From Magallana gigas (taxonomy: Eukaryota), in contig NC_088855.1 in assembly GCF_963853765.1 (NCBI RefSeq), positions 48,918,001 through 48,982,000 of the forward strand: a stretch of DNA of 64,000 bases, read 5' to 3'. A model generated the notes under the pieces. It saw only the letters and a program-made list of their open reading frames with translations. It did not search any database and was not told where the DNA came from. Made by a program: the position numbers and the translations under genes. Positions within the stretch are counted from its first letter, which is position 1. Each line of letters opens with the position of its first letter. This document shows, piece by piece, positions 61,967 to 64,000 of the stretch.

Positions 61967-64000
61967 CTGAAAGACAGACATGTTCTAGCTAACCTTTGAA
62001 TGCAAAATCCAAATGTCTGGATATCTTCTTCATAGGGGGCATGATGAGAATTTTTTCAAGTAAGAGTCTAATTGCACCTGCATAAAACGATTTATTTCTG
62101 GTTCCGCATTAGTTTTTTTACACGGTGCCAATTTGTGAATGGGTGATCAATTGTCTGAGAGCCAGGAATCAGTGACAGACTTTGATTTCTGATTCAGGTA
62201 AAGATTATCCCAGTCAATGGCAGAAATCAATGGCAGTGCAGGCAGAGATTAGGTCTGCCAGACTTCAGGGGCAGATCAATGCCTAATTAATGCAGATTTC
62301 ATGGAAAATAAAGCATTTGTTATCAGATTCACCCACAGGATGAACTCTGGATGTGGCTTCCAAACAGAGAGGGATTATCTGAAGCTGGATTCTATGATCA
62401 TAATTTTTCGTCTCTTGGATCTTCAACAGTTTGTATCTAGAGATCTGGCAATGAGACCCATCACTGACGTGCAAAACATATAGAGAACACAGCCAAATAG
62501 ACTGGTGGGGTTGGAAGTTCAAAAAACAAAAGTCTTGCTCGATTTGTATCTTGCCAGCATAATATTTTGATTGAAAACAGGTATCTGTACCAAGTCATGA
62601 AAATCCCTGTTGGCACAGATGATTAATGAGTTACAAGGGACCTTAAAAAAACTCTACAGTAAAATGTAATTAACTCTAGTGCACAGAAGATTTACAGAAT
62701 GTATGTAACAGTAAAAAAGTATTTGACATTACCATGATTACCTCAATGCATTTCAGAGACATAAATTATGAGAACTGTTAGTGTAAAACATCAAACCAAC
62801 CACAGAAACAGATATATTAGATGACCAGGCATGAATAAGGGATATATCTCAGCCCAGCAGGTTGGAAAATTGTATGTTGGTCCCATTTTTTTAAACAAAG
62901 GGTTAAGCTCTCATTACAGTATGGACCAAGACCTGCCTGGCATGACATCAACATCTGTCAATTCATGACACTTCAGAAATCTTCTCCTAACTACTCCTCC
63001 AGAAAACAATGTAAACACTGCTCGTCACTTAAAGATGTTTTCATCAAACAGAAGCACTGAATAAAAATCCGGAGCTTATAAAGAATTGGATAGATACAGG
63101 TTATCTAGTTCTACGTGATAAAATACATCATACCACATAAACATCCAGATAAATGCAGAATTTGAAACCGTGCGGGATATCCACATGAAAAAAGCCAACC
63201 CACAAAGCAATGCGTGGTCCATAAAGCACGCATCAGTTTATGAGGTGTTTTGCTGTATGATTTTTTTATCTACAGAGAAATAACTTGGTTATGTTGACAC
63301 TTGGATGATGGACGATGCCTCACTGCTTCACCTTGTAGTGTAAAAACCATTCCGGTGTCCGATACCACAACAGGTTAAGATGGCAATCCTTGTCTAGTCC
63401 ACCAGTCAGAAATCCCTCCCGAACAAAACATCCAGCAGGTTGTTTAACAACGATATAAATGTATTGATCCCGCAAACTCTTTACTGATTACAATGACAAT
63501 CTGTTACATGGGTGTGACAATAAATATTTGATCCACATATCTCTTTAACGATAGCCTTGACATTTCATTGATTTTTACAAGATTTACTGAACTGGAAGTG
63601 TCAAGCACAGTGCAAAGATTATGAATACTATACATACATCCTTATACTGACCTCATAAAGTTATGAATTATTACACTGAGATTGATTGAGACTTACCTTA
63701 ATCAGCAGAATGTCACAAACACACAGTGTACATAATGGGACAGCGATCAGCCTCTACAAAAAACAAAGTTTGATATAGTTCTGATTGGTCTCACAAGCTG
63801 TGTGTCTCATTGAGGACTGACTTAGCTACAGCAATGTCTGATTGAGGAACAGACTCAGTTTTATGTCATAGGTTCTACTACCAAATAACCAATACATTTC
63901 CTTATTGGTAGCCCATGTAGTCAAATGTTAATCCCACTGATATTTTGGGGTCAAGTGTTATAGTCAACCCATGGTCGTAGATTGGAAAAGTTTAAATATT

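Noticed and set aside
58450-64000. Possible additional gene or exons (ORFs 58553-58750, 59150-59476, 60946-61188, 62283-62522)
   Set aside because: No domain similarity or spliceable chain could be recognised; probably 5' intron or UTR region of the ACK-like gene.

Overview
Eukaryotic, AT-rich, intron-containing genomic DNA. The repeat landscape (HINE/Helentron-type elements carrying ~177-bp satellite-like arrays, hairpin elements, G-tract MITEs) points to a bivalve mollusc, most likely an oyster (Crassostrea/Magallana); this is inference, not a database match. Five protein-coding genes could be spliced together by hand with GT-AG junctions and consistent phases: (1) a 5'-truncated alkaline phosphatase, ALP-1 (+, <1..3665); (2) a complete secreted two-domain Kazal-type inhibitor (-, 5332..6981, 169 aa); (3) a complete second alkaline phosphatase, ALP-2 (+, 9980..21886), with signal peptide and GPI-type tail; (4) a TPRG1L-like gene (-, 34491..36939, 294 aa); (5) an ACK/TNK2-family tyrosine kinase (-, 44551..58386, ~1519 aa). 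Introns and intergenic DNA hold a decayed RLE-type (Hero-like) LINE with a nested 6-bp-TSD element, two HINEs, several MITEs, a Gypsy pol remnant and a tRNA-derived repeat. The most unusual items are: a 35 x 36-bp minisatellite whose single-copy 40-bp ancestor is still visible 5.4 kb upstream, inside a decayed duplicate of the ALP-2 signal-peptide exon region; divergent ALP paralogues (soluble vs anchored, altered active-site residues) flanking a Kazal gene; long palindromic elements capped by GNA/GNNA mini-hairpin loops; and a TA-to-TACATGTA insertion that looks like a Tc1/mariner excision footprint. There is no CRISPR array, and the sequence alone does not prove a new multi-gene system.
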